Of a stretch of DNA of 64,000 nt, positions 46,047 through 53,979 are shown one piece after another. The notes beneath the pieces are model-generated. The model did not search any database, had not been told where the DNA came from, and saw nothing but the letters and a program-made list of their open reading frames with translations. This DNA is from Acidimicrobiia bacterium (lineage in GTDB: Bacteria; Actinomycetota; Acidimicrobiia; IMCC26256; PALSA-610). Location: the NCBI GenBank assembly GCA_038209365.1, contig JBBQXS010000016.1, positions 7,870 to 71,869 on the forward strand. The letters are read 5' to 3'. The position numbers and the translations under genes were made by a program. Numbering within the stretch: the first letter of the stretch is position 1; each line of letters starts with the position of its first letter.

Positions 46047-47062
46047 AGTCCCTCCACGAGCTCGGGCGCTCCCGCAAGCATGACGTACTCGACGTTGCGT
46101 ACGTGCGAGACGCGTCCCACCTTCTTGCCGTTCGGATCGTGGATCCCGATCAATGCGCCCACGTACCGGCGCGAGTCGAACGCGAGCACGCGCACGACGC
46201 CCCCGCGCCGTGCGCACGCAGCCTCAAGCTCTTCGACCGTGATCCACGCTTCGTTGTTGTACGAGACCACGACGAGCGCGGCGTCGACGTCCCGGATGGC
46301 CTGCGCGAGCGCACCGGGCATCGCGCGCCGTTCGTTGAACACGCTCTTGGTGACTGGATCCCGTGCGTCGACCCGCTTGCACGCGACGCCGTAGTGCTCG
46401 GGTGCGTCCCACGCCACGATGGTCTCCCACACGTGGTAGTTGGTGAAGTACCGATGCTGGTTGTACGGCGGATCGAGGTAGGCGAGGTCGAACGGTGTTG
46501 CGGTCTTCGCCACCTCGCACGCGTCTGCCCGGAGGGCGACACCCTCGCCGCCGACGAGCTCGGGGACGCGGAGCGTCAACGGCTGGAACGACCGCGGGGC
46601 CCATTGCTTGACGTACGCCATTTGCACGCCAGTCGTCGAGTCGACACGGTCGGCCGCCTCGAGCAGGCTCGTGAGCAGCACCGGATACAGCCATGAGCCG
46701 CGATAGTCGCGCTCGATCGCGTCGCGGATCGCGTCGATGCGCCGGCCGTTGTGCGGTTGGAAGAAGCGCGATCGAATGCAGAAGGTCTCCGTGGCGTAGC
46801 CGTTGACGTCCGGCCGGGCCGCGAGATCCGCGAGTGCCTCTGCGATCTCGTCGTGGTCGGCCGCATCTCCGTCGAGCGCGACATAGCACTGGGCGAACAC
46901 CTCGGCATACCGGGCGGTGTCGACCGCGGTGACGTGGGCACCCCGGCGCTTGAATTCCTGCGCGACGCGTGTCGTGCCGGTGAACAGGTCCAGCGCCCGC
47001 CGCGCTCCCGCGTCGGCGCAAATGGCGCCCAACACGGGTACCAGTCGTCGTTTCGATCCCAA
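46016..47062 (-). CDS. D12-class N6-adenine DNA methyltransferase (Dam-like), orphan
   Basis: 348 aa with the DPPY motif (LAYLDPPYNQHRYF), SYNNE and an N-terminal (KY)LGSKRRL block. The only in-frame start is TTG at 47062, which falls inside the conserved KYLGSK motif. No endonuclease gene is adjacent. Confidence 0.8.
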   Translation of the reverse strand: MGSKRRLVPVLGAICADAGARRALDLFTGTTRVAQEFKRRGAHVTAVDTARYAEVFAQCYVALDGDAADHDEIAEALADLAARPDVNGYATETFCIRSRFFQPHNGRRIDAIRDAIERDYRGSWLYPVLLTSLLEAADRVDSTTGVQMAYVKQWAPRSFQPLTLRVPELVGGEGVALRADACEVAKTATPFDLAYLDPPYNQHRYFTNYHVWETIVAWDAPEHYGVACKRVDARDPVTKSVFNERRAMPGALAQAIRDVDAALVVVSYNNEAWITVEELEAACARRGGVVRVLAFDSRRYVGALIGIHDPNGKKVGRVSHVRNVEYVMLAGAPELVEGLCKSPAMSLS

Positions 47063-47099
47063 GTACTTGATCAGGCGCGATGACCGTAGTCTGGGCGCC

Positions 47100-47351
47100 G
47101 TGGCAAAGGTGGTATCTCACTCCGACGGCCGGCACGTCTTGGTGCAGATCGAGCTGGCCGGCATCGACCCCGATGCCGACGTGCGGCTCGAGGTGCGTGA
47201 GCAGGTGCTCGAGATCGAGGTCCACCATGTCGACGACGGCCGTAGCGAGCGCGTGTCGCACCAAGTGTCGATACCGTCCGGTGTCACCAGGAACGACCTT
47301 CGCCTCACCCTTGCCGGCGACGTGCTCGAGATTCGAGCCGACGCCCCGTAG
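47100..47351 (+). CDS. Short Hsp20/alpha-crystallin-like protein (83 aa)
   Basis: GTG at 47100. VLVQIELAGIDPDADVRLEVREQVLEIEV and TLAGDVLEIRADAP resemble the beta3-beta4 and C-terminal strands of alpha-crystallin domains. The middle of the domain is much shorter than usual. Confidence 0.4.
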   Translation: MAKVVSHSDGRHVLVQIELAGIDPDADVRLEVREQVLEIEVHHVDDGRSERVSHQVSIPSGVTRNDLRLTLAGDVLEIRADAP

Positions 47352-48434
47352 TCAGTAGACGATCACGCTCCGGGCGACCTCGCCCGCCTGCATCGCCGCG
47401 AAGGCCGCGTTCAGATCGTCGAGCCCGACGCGGCGCGTGACCAGCTGTTCCAGATCGAGACGTCCGGCCTGCTGCAACCGCACGATCTCCGGAAAGTCGC
47501 GCGCGGGATCGGTTGCGCCGTACACGCAGCCCCGCATCGTCTTGGCGTCGACCATCAGCTGCATCGCGCCGAACTGCACCATGTCCGCGAAGCTGCCCGC
47601 TCCCACGATGGTGCACGTGCCCGCGCGGCGGGTCATGTCGAACGCCTGGCGGATCGTCTCCGAACGGCCGACGACCTCGAACGCGTAGTCCACCCCACGG
47701 CCGCCGGTCAGCTCCCGAACGGCGGAGACAGCGTCGGTTGCCGAGGCGTCGACGACTTCGGTTGCGCCGCACCGGCGCGCCAGTGCGAGCTTCGATGCCA
47801 CGCGGTCGACCGCGACGATCGGGACCGCGCCCGCGAGGCGCGCGCCCTGGATCGCGGCGAGGCCCACTCCCCCGCACCCGATGACGGCCACGCTCCCGCC
47901 CGGCTCGACGCGCGCGCTGTTGCAAACGGCGCCGACCCCCGTGACCACGCCGCAGCCGACGAGCGCGCCGAGCTCGAGCGGAAAGTCGGCGTCGATGCGG
48001 ATGCACGCCCGGTCGGGGACGATCGTCTCCTGCCCGAACGTCGCAGTGCCGAACGCCGCGAGCAGCGGAGTGCCGTCGCTCGCGTGTGCATAGGGCATCG
48101 CGAACGCGTGGTCGAGGCCGTGCTCACACAACTCGGGATGACCACGCAGGCAGAAGAAGCACTGACGGCAAGGCGCGACCCACGACAGCACGACATGGTC
48201 GCCGGGATCGACGCCGGAGACCTCGGCGCCCGTCTCCAGCACGACTCCGGCTCCCTCGTGACCGAGCACCGCCGGTAACGGGTGCGGGATCGTGCCGTCC
48301 TGGATCGACAGATCCGAGTGGCACACTCCGCTCGCCGCGACGCGTACGTGCACGTCGTGCGGCCCGAGCGGGCGCAACGTCAGGTCGTCTACAGCGAACC
48401 GCGCGCCCGCGGCGCGCAACACGGCCGCGCGCAC
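47352..48434 (-). CDS. Zinc-dependent alcohol dehydrogenase (MDR family, class III-like)
   Basis: 360 aa with GVCHSDLS, GHEGAGVV, the structural-zinc Cys cluster CRQCFFCLRGHPELC and the Rossmann motif GCGGVGLAA. Confidence 0.85.
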   Translation of the reverse strand: MRAAVLRAAGARFAVDDLTLRPLGPHDVHVRVAASGVCHSDLSIQDGTIPHPLPAVLGHEGAGVVLETGAEVSGVDPGDHVVLSWVAPCRQCFFCLRGHPELCEHGLDHAFAMPYAHASDGTPLLAAFGTATFGQETIVPDRACIRIDADFPLELGALVGCGVVTGVGAVCNSARVEPGGSVAVIGCGGVGLAAIQGARLAGAVPIVAVDRVASKLALARRCGATEVVDASATDAVSAVRELTGGRGVDYAFEVVGRSETIRQAFDMTRRAGTCTIVGAGSFADMVQFGAMQLMVDAKTMRGCVYGATDPARDFPEIVRLQQAGRLDLEQLVTRRVGLDDLNAAFAAMQAGEVARSVIVY

Positions 48435-48439
48435 GATGG

Positions 48440-49648
48440 CTACCTCGTCGCGCGGAAGACGAGCGGCAGCTGGTCGGCCTGGCGAATCCCCGTCGAGAAG
48501 TGAATGTTTTCGTGCGCGAGCTCGTACTCGGGAATGCGGCGGTGGAACTCCTCGAGCGCGACGCGCAGCTCGAGCCGGGCGAGGTGCGAGCCCAGGCAGC
48601 GGTGCGGCCCGCCACCGAAGGCAAGATGGCGATTCGTCTCGCGGTCGAAACGTACGTCGCCCCAGTCCTCGAATTCGGCAACATCGGCGTTCGCCGCGCC
48701 GATCAGCAACGTCACGCTGTCACCGGCTTTCATCTGCACACCGCCCATCTCGTGATCCTGGGCGAGGACACGCGGCACCATCATCACCGGCGTCTGGTGA
48801 CGGAGCAGCTCCTCGACCGCGTGCGGGATGCACGACGGGTCGGCGACGAGCGCGTCGCGGCGTTCGGGGTGGCGGGCGAGATACACGATCATGCAGTCGA
48901 GCGTCGCAGTGACCGTATCGAGGCCACCGAGCAACAGCAGGTGGCACGCGCCGAGCATCTCGGCACGCGTGAGCGGCCTCCCGTCGACCGTGCCGTTCAC
49001 CATTCGTGTGAACAGGCGGTCGTCGGGGTTGCGTCGCTTCTCGTCGAGCGCCGACTCGAAGTACTCCTCGATCGCCGCGCCCGCCGCTTTGCGGATGCGC
49101 TCCCCTTCCTCGAACGTCGCGGCGTCGGGCCTGATCGTGTCGTCGCGCCACTTCAAGAACATCGGGAGATCCTCGTGCGGCAAACCTGTCAGCGCGAGGA
49201 AGAACGTCGACGGCAGCGGCGACGCGAACTCCTCGTGGAAGTCGCACTCGGCGCGGTCGATGAAGACGTCTATTGCCTCGTTCACGAACTTGCGCATCTC
49301 GTCTTCGAGCTCGGCCATCTTCCTCGGCGAGAACTCGGGGTCGAGAAGGCGCCGGTACTTCGCGTGCTCGGGCGGGTCCACGGACAGCGGGATGAGCGGG
49401 TACTCCCCACCGATGTCGACCACGCCCTTCGACGAGAAGACCTGCGGGTGCTTCAGGGCCCAGAGCACGTCCTCGTAACGCGAGATCACGACGGCGTCGT
49501 TTCCGAACATCCCCGTGTGGCGCGAGACCGGACACTGCGCGAGCAGCTCCGCGTAGACGTCGTGCGGCGCGTCGGCGCAAACCGGCGAAAAGACCTTGTC
49601 CATCAGGTGCATCTCGCCGTGGGGCGCGGGCGTCTCTTCGCCGTACAT
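48440..49648 (-). CDS. Cytochrome P450 (P450cam/CYP101-like I-helix)
   Basis: 402 aa with heme loop FGGGPHRCLGSHLAR, I-helix LLLLGGLDTV and EELLR. Confidence 0.9.
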   Translation of the reverse strand: MYGEETPAPHGEMHLMDKVFSPVCADAPHDVYAELLAQCPVSRHTGMFGNDAVVISRYEDVLWALKHPQVFSSKGVVDIGGEYPLIPLSVDPPEHAKYRRLLDPEFSPRKMAELEDEMRKFVNEAIDVFIDRAECDFHEEFASPLPSTFFLALTGLPHEDLPMFLKWRDDTIRPDAATFEEGERIRKAAGAAIEEYFESALDEKRRNPDDRLFTRMVNGTVDGRPLTRAEMLGACHLLLLGGLDTVTATLDCMIVYLARHPERRDALVADPSCIPHAVEELLRHQTPVMMVPRVLAQDHEMGGVQMKAGDSVTLLIGAANADVAEFEDWGDVRFDRETNRHLAFGGGPHRCLGSHLARLELRVALEEFHRRIPEYELAHENIHFSTGIRQADQLPLVFRATR

Positions 49649-51375
49649 CAGAACTCCTTGGAGTGAACGGTGTCGGTGTCGCGGCCGGAGCGCACAACGA
49701 CGCCGGGCGTCGCGCCTGTGTACGAGCCGTCATGAACGATCTCGGTCCCGGCGACGAGCACGTGGTGCACGCCGCGTGAGTCGGCAACGATTCGGCTCGC
49801 CCCGCCGGGCAGGTCGTCGTGGGTCCGCTCGCCGGCCGGACCGACGGTCTCGGGGTCGAAGGCCACGATGTCGGCGTACGCCCCGACGACGATGCGGCCG
49901 CGATCGCGCACGCCGTAGAGCCGCGCGGGCACGTCGGTCAGCAAGTGGACAGCTTCCTCGAGCTCGATATGGCCGTTGCGCACCGCGTCACCGACGACGA
50001 ACGTCGAGTAGCTCGCGCCGGACATCATGTCGAGGTGCGCGCCGGCGTCGGAGCCACCGACGATCGCACGCGGGTCGCGCCACACCGCGGTGCGCACCTT
50101 CCACACTTCGTCGGACTCCGGACCACCGAAGTCGGGCCGGAGACCCGTCCGAAGGCCGTCGGCGATGACGACATCGCAAAGTACGTCGAAGGGTTCGGCG
50201 TTCCGTGCACGGGCGATGTCACCGATCTTCCTTCCTTCGAGGCGGCGGGTGTCGTCGGTGAAGCCCTCGACGATCTCGAGACGTTCCCAACGGGCGAGCC
50301 CGGCCAGAACGCCGGCTTCCGGTGAGTGCGCGTTCGCGTCGAGCCGGCGCCGGGTTTCGGGGTCGGAGAGTGCCCGCATGCGTTCTTCGATCGGCAGGGC
50401 GAACGTCTCCCGCCAGCCCGGAAGCCCGTCGAGCACGAAGCCGGAGTGGAACGACAGACGGATCCGCATCCCCTGCGGCAGGGTCAGGGCGACGACCCGC
50501 GCGCCCTTGGCCGCCGCACGACTCCCCGCGTCGAGCTGGCGCTCGTGATTGCCGCCGGGAGCGACACCGAGCACATTCCAGTTGAGCGGACGGTCGGCCG
50601 CGAGTGACATGCCCGCCATCAGGTCGATCTCGTCGTCGGTGAAGCCGTTCAGGCAGCCCGGGATGATCAGCTCGAGCTGCGTACCGGGGTGGTCGGACAC
50701 GACTGTGGCGAGCCGCAACAGCTCTTCGCTGGTCGCCGAGCGCGAGGGGACCGGGTTGCCGTCGCCGTCGTTGTGCGTCGGCGCCTGCGAGGTCGAAAAG
50801 CCCATCGCCCCGGCGTCGAGGGCATCGTGCAGGAGGCGTTCCATCTGCGCGAGCTGACCGTCGCTCGCCTCGTTGCCGACCGCGTTGTCGCCCATCACGA
50901 CGCGCCGGAGCGCGGAATGACCGCACAGGAAGCCGGCATTCACCGCGATGCCGCGCTGCTCGACCCGATCGAGGTAGTCGGCGAACGTCTTCCAATCCCA
51001 CGGCACGCCCTGCTGCAACGCGGGCAGCGGGATGCCTTCGACCCGCGCCATCAAGCGCGACAGGTAGTCGACGTGCTCGTCGCCCCCCGGCGCGAGCGTG
51101 AAGCCGCAGTTGCCGCCGAACACCGTCGTGACGCCGTGAAGCGGTGACGGACTCGCGGTCGCATCCCAGAGCAGCTGGGCGTCGTAGTGCGTGTGCAGGT
51201 CGACGAACCCGGGCGCCACCACCAGGCCATCGGCGTCGATCGTGCGAACCGCGGCGTCGTCGACATCGCCGATCTCCACGATGCGTCCGTCCGCGATTGC
51301 CACGTCGGCTCGTCGCGCCGGCGCACCTGTCCCGTCCACCAGCGTTGCGTTCTCGACGACGAGGTCGACGGTCAC
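49648..51375 (-). CDS. N-acyl-D-amino-acid deacylase (D-aminoacylase) family amidohydrolase
   Basis: GTG at 51375 forms a GTGA overlap with the upstream gene. VENATLVDGTGAP, APGFVDLHTHYD and GVTTVFGGNCGFTLAP are typical of the family. Confidence 0.8.
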   Translation of the reverse strand: MTVDLVVENATLVDGTGAPARRADVAIADGRIVEIGDVDDAAVRTIDADGLVVAPGFVDLHTHYDAQLLWDATASPSPLHGVTTVFGGNCGFTLAPGGDEHVDYLSRLMARVEGIPLPALQQGVPWDWKTFADYLDRVEQRGIAVNAGFLCGHSALRRVVMGDNAVGNEASDGQLAQMERLLHDALDAGAMGFSTSQAPTHNDGDGNPVPSRSATSEELLRLATVVSDHPGTQLELIIPGCLNGFTDDEIDLMAGMSLAADRPLNWNVLGVAPGGNHERQLDAGSRAAAKGARVVALTLPQGMRIRLSFHSGFVLDGLPGWRETFALPIEERMRALSDPETRRRLDANAHSPEAGVLAGLARWERLEIVEGFTDDTRRLEGRKIGDIARARNAEPFDVLCDVVIADGLRTGLRPDFGGPESDEVWKVRTAVWRDPRAIVGGSDAGAHLDMMSGASYSTFVVGDAVRNGHIELEEAVHLLTDVPARLYGVRDRGRIVVGAYADIVAFDPETVGPAGERTHDDLPGGASRIVADSRGVHHVLVAGTEIVHDGSYTGATPGVVVRSGRDTDTVHSKEF

Positions 51376-52559
51376 GGGAGCCGTAGCTCCTCGGGCACGG
51401 GATGGCGGAAGAGCTTGGACGCGTTCTCCCACGTGACCTTGCGGATATCGGCGTCGGAGACACCCTCGAGGCCATCGGCGGCGAGGAGCTGCGTGTCGGG
51501 CCAGGTGGAGTCGGCGTGTGGGTAATCGCTTTCCATGCAGATGTGCTCGATGCCGATGTGGTCGCGCAAGGCGAAGGTCGAGCCGAGATCGATCGTGCAG
51601 AACCAGAAGTTGCGGCGCAGCGCATCGATCGGCGACACGTTCGGGTCGTCCCACCCGTGCGACCCGACTGCAGAGTGATCGAGCACGTAGGTGATGCGAT
51701 CGATCAGCATCGGCACCCAGCTGATGCCACCCTCGGAGAACGCGATCTTGAGGTCCGGGAACCGAGTCGGCACCTGCGCCCACAGCCAGTCGGCGGCCGT
51801 GACGAGCGCGTTCACCGGGAACAGGCTCGTGTACAGCTCGAGCGGAGCGCCCGGCGAACGCGCCGCGGTCCATGACGACGAGCCGTTGTGCAGGCACACC
51901 ACCGTGCCGGTCTCCTCGCACGCCCGCAGGAGCGGGTCCCAGTGTGCGTCCATCATCGGCGGGAGCTTCAGATCGACGGGATTCTCGGGAAAGCTCAGCG
52001 CCTTGGACCCACGGGCGGCGTTCTCGTACACGTCGTGGGCCGCGATCTTCGGATCGTTCACCCACGCGAGCTGGAGCGGGATGATCCGATCGGGATGCGC
52101 GCCGGCCCACTCGTCGATGTGCCAATCGTTCCACGCACGAAGGGCGGCGAGCCCGAGCTCATCGTCTTTGCTCTTGGCGAAGATCGTGCCGGCAAAGCCT
52201 GCGATCAACGACGGGAAGCACAAGCTCGCGTAGACGCCGTCGAGGTCCATGTCGGCGACGCGCGCGTCGATGTCGTAACAGCCACGGCGCATCTCGTCGA
52301 AACGCGCGGGCTCCATGCTCCACTCTTCCTTGGCACGGCCCGCAACGGCGTTCAAGCCGACTTGCGGATAGAAGCCGTCCTCGTACACCCACGTCTCCCG
52401 GCCGTCGGGAAGCGTGACGACACGCGGCGCCCTGTCCTGGAGGTGGTGCGGCATGCGCCCTTCGAAGAGGTGCGCGGGCTCGATCAGGTGATCGTCGACG
52501 GAAATGATCGTGTAGTGGCGCGGACGCGCCTCAGGGTCGGGCAGCAGTGTGGCGCTCAT
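51372..52559 (-). CDS. Amidohydrolase_2 family metal-dependent hydrolase
   Basis: 395 aa with IISVDDHLIEP (HxH-like region) and MESDYPHADSTWP. Has a 4-nt overlap with the TetR gene. Confidence 0.8.
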   Translation of the reverse strand: MSATLLPDPEARPRHYTIISVDDHLIEPAHLFEGRMPHHLQDRAPRVVTLPDGRETWVYEDGFYPQVGLNAVAGRAKEEWSMEPARFDEMRRGCYDIDARVADMDLDGVYASLCFPSLIAGFAGTIFAKSKDDELGLAALRAWNDWHIDEWAGAHPDRIIPLQLAWVNDPKIAAHDVYENAARGSKALSFPENPVDLKLPPMMDAHWDPLLRACEETGTVVCLHNGSSSWTAARSPGAPLELYTSLFPVNALVTAADWLWAQVPTRFPDLKIAFSEGGISWVPMLIDRITYVLDHSAVGSHGWDDPNVSPIDALRRNFWFCTIDLGSTFALRDHIGIEHICMESDYPHADSTWPDTQLLAADGLEGVSDADIRKVTWENASKLFRHPVPEELRLP

Positions 52560-53131
52560 CGAGCTCGGACTCCGCGAGCACAGAAATCATGGAGATACTC
52601 GGCGAGCTCACGGGGATCGGTGGCACGTCCGACCACGAGCTCGTGGATACCCCCGAGCAGCACGCCGAACATCGTGAGTGCGTCTCGGTAGGGCTGTTCG
52701 CTTTCGAGGTGGCCGGCAAGGAGATCGAGCAGCGGCGCGAGCGCAGCGAGCTGTTCTTCGCCGTAGTGCTCGTTCAGTCGCAGGTACTCGCGCACGAGCA
52801 CGCCGGCGTACCCGACGGCGCCCGGCAACGAGAGCATCTCGAACAGCTCGACGACGTAGGCGTGGAGACCATCGGCGCCCGTGCGATCGCCGATGCGCGC
52901 GCGCAGGACCTCCGCGCCGAGCCGGCTGTCCGCCTCGATCAAAGCCAGCAGCAGCTCGTCCTTGCCGCGGAAGCAGCGGTAGAAGCTCTTCAGCGAGAGC
53001 TCGGCCTGCGCGGTGACCTGGGCAACGGTGAACGCCGCGCTCCCGGTGTCGTTCGCGAGCTCGCGTGCTGCTTGGACGAGACGGTCGGGGCGGGCATCGA
53101 GCTCTTGCGCGGCGAGGGGGGAGAACGTCAT
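52556..53131 (-). CDS. TetR family transcriptional regulator
   Basis: 191 aa. The N-terminal HTH FTVAQVTAQAELSLKSFYRCFRGKDELL is canonical TetR_N. It is the first gene of a 5-gene overlapping string. Confidence 0.85.
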   Translation of the reverse strand: MTFSPLAAQELDARPDRLVQAARELANDTGSAAFTVAQVTAQAELSLKSFYRCFRGKDELLLALIEADSRLGAEVLRARIGDRTGADGLHAYVVELFEMLSLPGAVGYAGVLVREYLRLNEHYGEEQLAALAPLLDLLAGHLESEQPYRDALTMFGVLLGGIHELVVGRATDPRELAEYLHDFCARGVRAR

Positions 53132-53136
53132 TCTCC
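53120..53136. promoter_or_regulatory. Palindrome ggagaa-cgtca-ttctcc overlapping the TetR start codon; candidate autoregulatory operator
   Basis: Perfect 6-5-6 palindrome. The TetR ATG (53131-53129) lies in the spacer/right arm. It has the same core and orientation as the sites at 39263-39283 and 53161-53181. Confidence 0.5.
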
Positions 53137-53160
53137 GACAGTCTTACCCACCTGGAGGCG

Positions 53161-53181
53161 CCGGACAATGGCATTCTCCGG
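53161..53181. promoter_or_regulatory. Second candidate operator ccggacaa-tggca-ttctccgg upstream of the TetR gene
   Basis: 8-5-8 palindrome with one mismatch, 30-50 nt upstream of the TetR ATG. It shares the GGCATTCT right half with the site at 39263-39283. Confidence 0.45.
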
Positions 53182-53240
53182 AAATGGGTTCGCGGGCCCG
53201 GGCGCCGGCCTGGGCACCGCTCGCAGGACCTCCCCGTCAA

Positions 53241-53636
53241 TCAGGCCACGTCGTAGCCGCGTTGCAGGAACGCGTTCCGCAGCACCACGTCGTGATTCGG
53301 GACATACAAGATGCCATCCATCAGGGGGTAGCCGAACCTTCGCCGTCGACCGACCAGTGCGATGGCGCCGACGACCTCGATGCGAATCGTCACCGAGTGC
53401 TTCGGGAGGAAGAGACGGCGCCCAAACGGGAATACGAGGTCAACGCCGTCCGCCCTGATCGTGAACCTCCAAGGAAGCCACCGGCCGTGAATGTACGCGA
53501 CGACCGCCAACAGAGTCGCGAACTGCACCGAGTGATTCCAGCGTGTGGCGAGGGTAAGCACCGCCATCCCGATCGTCACCTTCGGTGACCAACGAAGAAA
53601 CCGGCTCGTGCCCCGGTAGTCGCGAGCATCCGGCAC
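53241..53636 (-). CDS. Hypothetical membrane-associated protein
   Basis: 131-aa ORF with two hydrophobic segments, then FTIRADGVDLVFPF..RLFLPKHSV (possibly a bacterial PH-like fold). No confident family. Confidence 0.4.
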   Translation of the reverse strand: MPDARDYRGTSRFLRWSPKVTIGMAVLTLATRWNHSVQFATLLAVVAYIHGRWLPWRFTIRADGVDLVFPFGRRLFLPKHSVTIRIEVVGAIALVGRRRRFGYPLMDGILYVPNHDVVLRNAFLQRGYDVA

Positions 53637-53702
53637 ACACGCAGGCTACGACGCTCTCGTCGAGTGCCGCGCGCGGGACTTCTCGCGCGCTCGAGGATGC
53701 AA

Positions 53703-53789
53703 CTACACCGTTCGACCGCGGAGGAACATGATCAGCAACACGATGAGAAGAATGAGAACGACAGTACCGATGCCGATATACATGAACAT
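53703..53789 (-). CDS. Candidate 28-aa hydrophobic micro-protein
   Basis: MFMYIGIGTVVLILLIVLLIMFLRGRTV forms a single TM helix. It lies in an unusually AT-rich island and is followed by a GC hairpin (gcgcgcg-agaagtc-cgcgcgc on the minus strand). Not in the ORF track because it is under 60 aa. Confidence 0.25.
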   Translation of the reverse strand: MFMYIGIGTVVLILLIVLLIMFLRGRTV

Positions 53790-53792
53790 CAG

Positions 53793-53855
53793 CTACCCAT
53801 TGATGGCGCACGCGAAGCACTTCCAGAGATAAACACGTTCGTTTGCCATCACCAT
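53793..53855 (-). CDS. Candidate 20-aa Cys-containing micro-ORF, in frame with and 3 nt upstream of the 28-aa ORF
   Basis: MVMANERVYLWKCFACAING followed by TAG, then CTG, then the ATG of the next micro-ORF in the same frame. Confidence 0.2.
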   Translation of the reverse strand: MVMANERVYLWKCFACAING

Positions 53856-53979
53856 GGGAAGAATGTTGCGGGGGCTGCGCAGACACATCACCCGCCCCGT
53901 GTCTGTTCAGCCCTCCCTTTTCTGCCCAGGTCAGACCGCGCGACGTCGCGCGATCGAATCGGACTGAAACACGCCTCGC

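Noticed and set aside
46016-47351. Restriction-modification or another defence island around the adenine methyltransferase.
   Set aside because: No endonuclease, specificity, helicase, nuclease or ATPase genes are adjacent. The flanking genes are metabolic (SDR, ADH) plus a small Hsp20-like ORF, and no composition shift or mobility genes are present.
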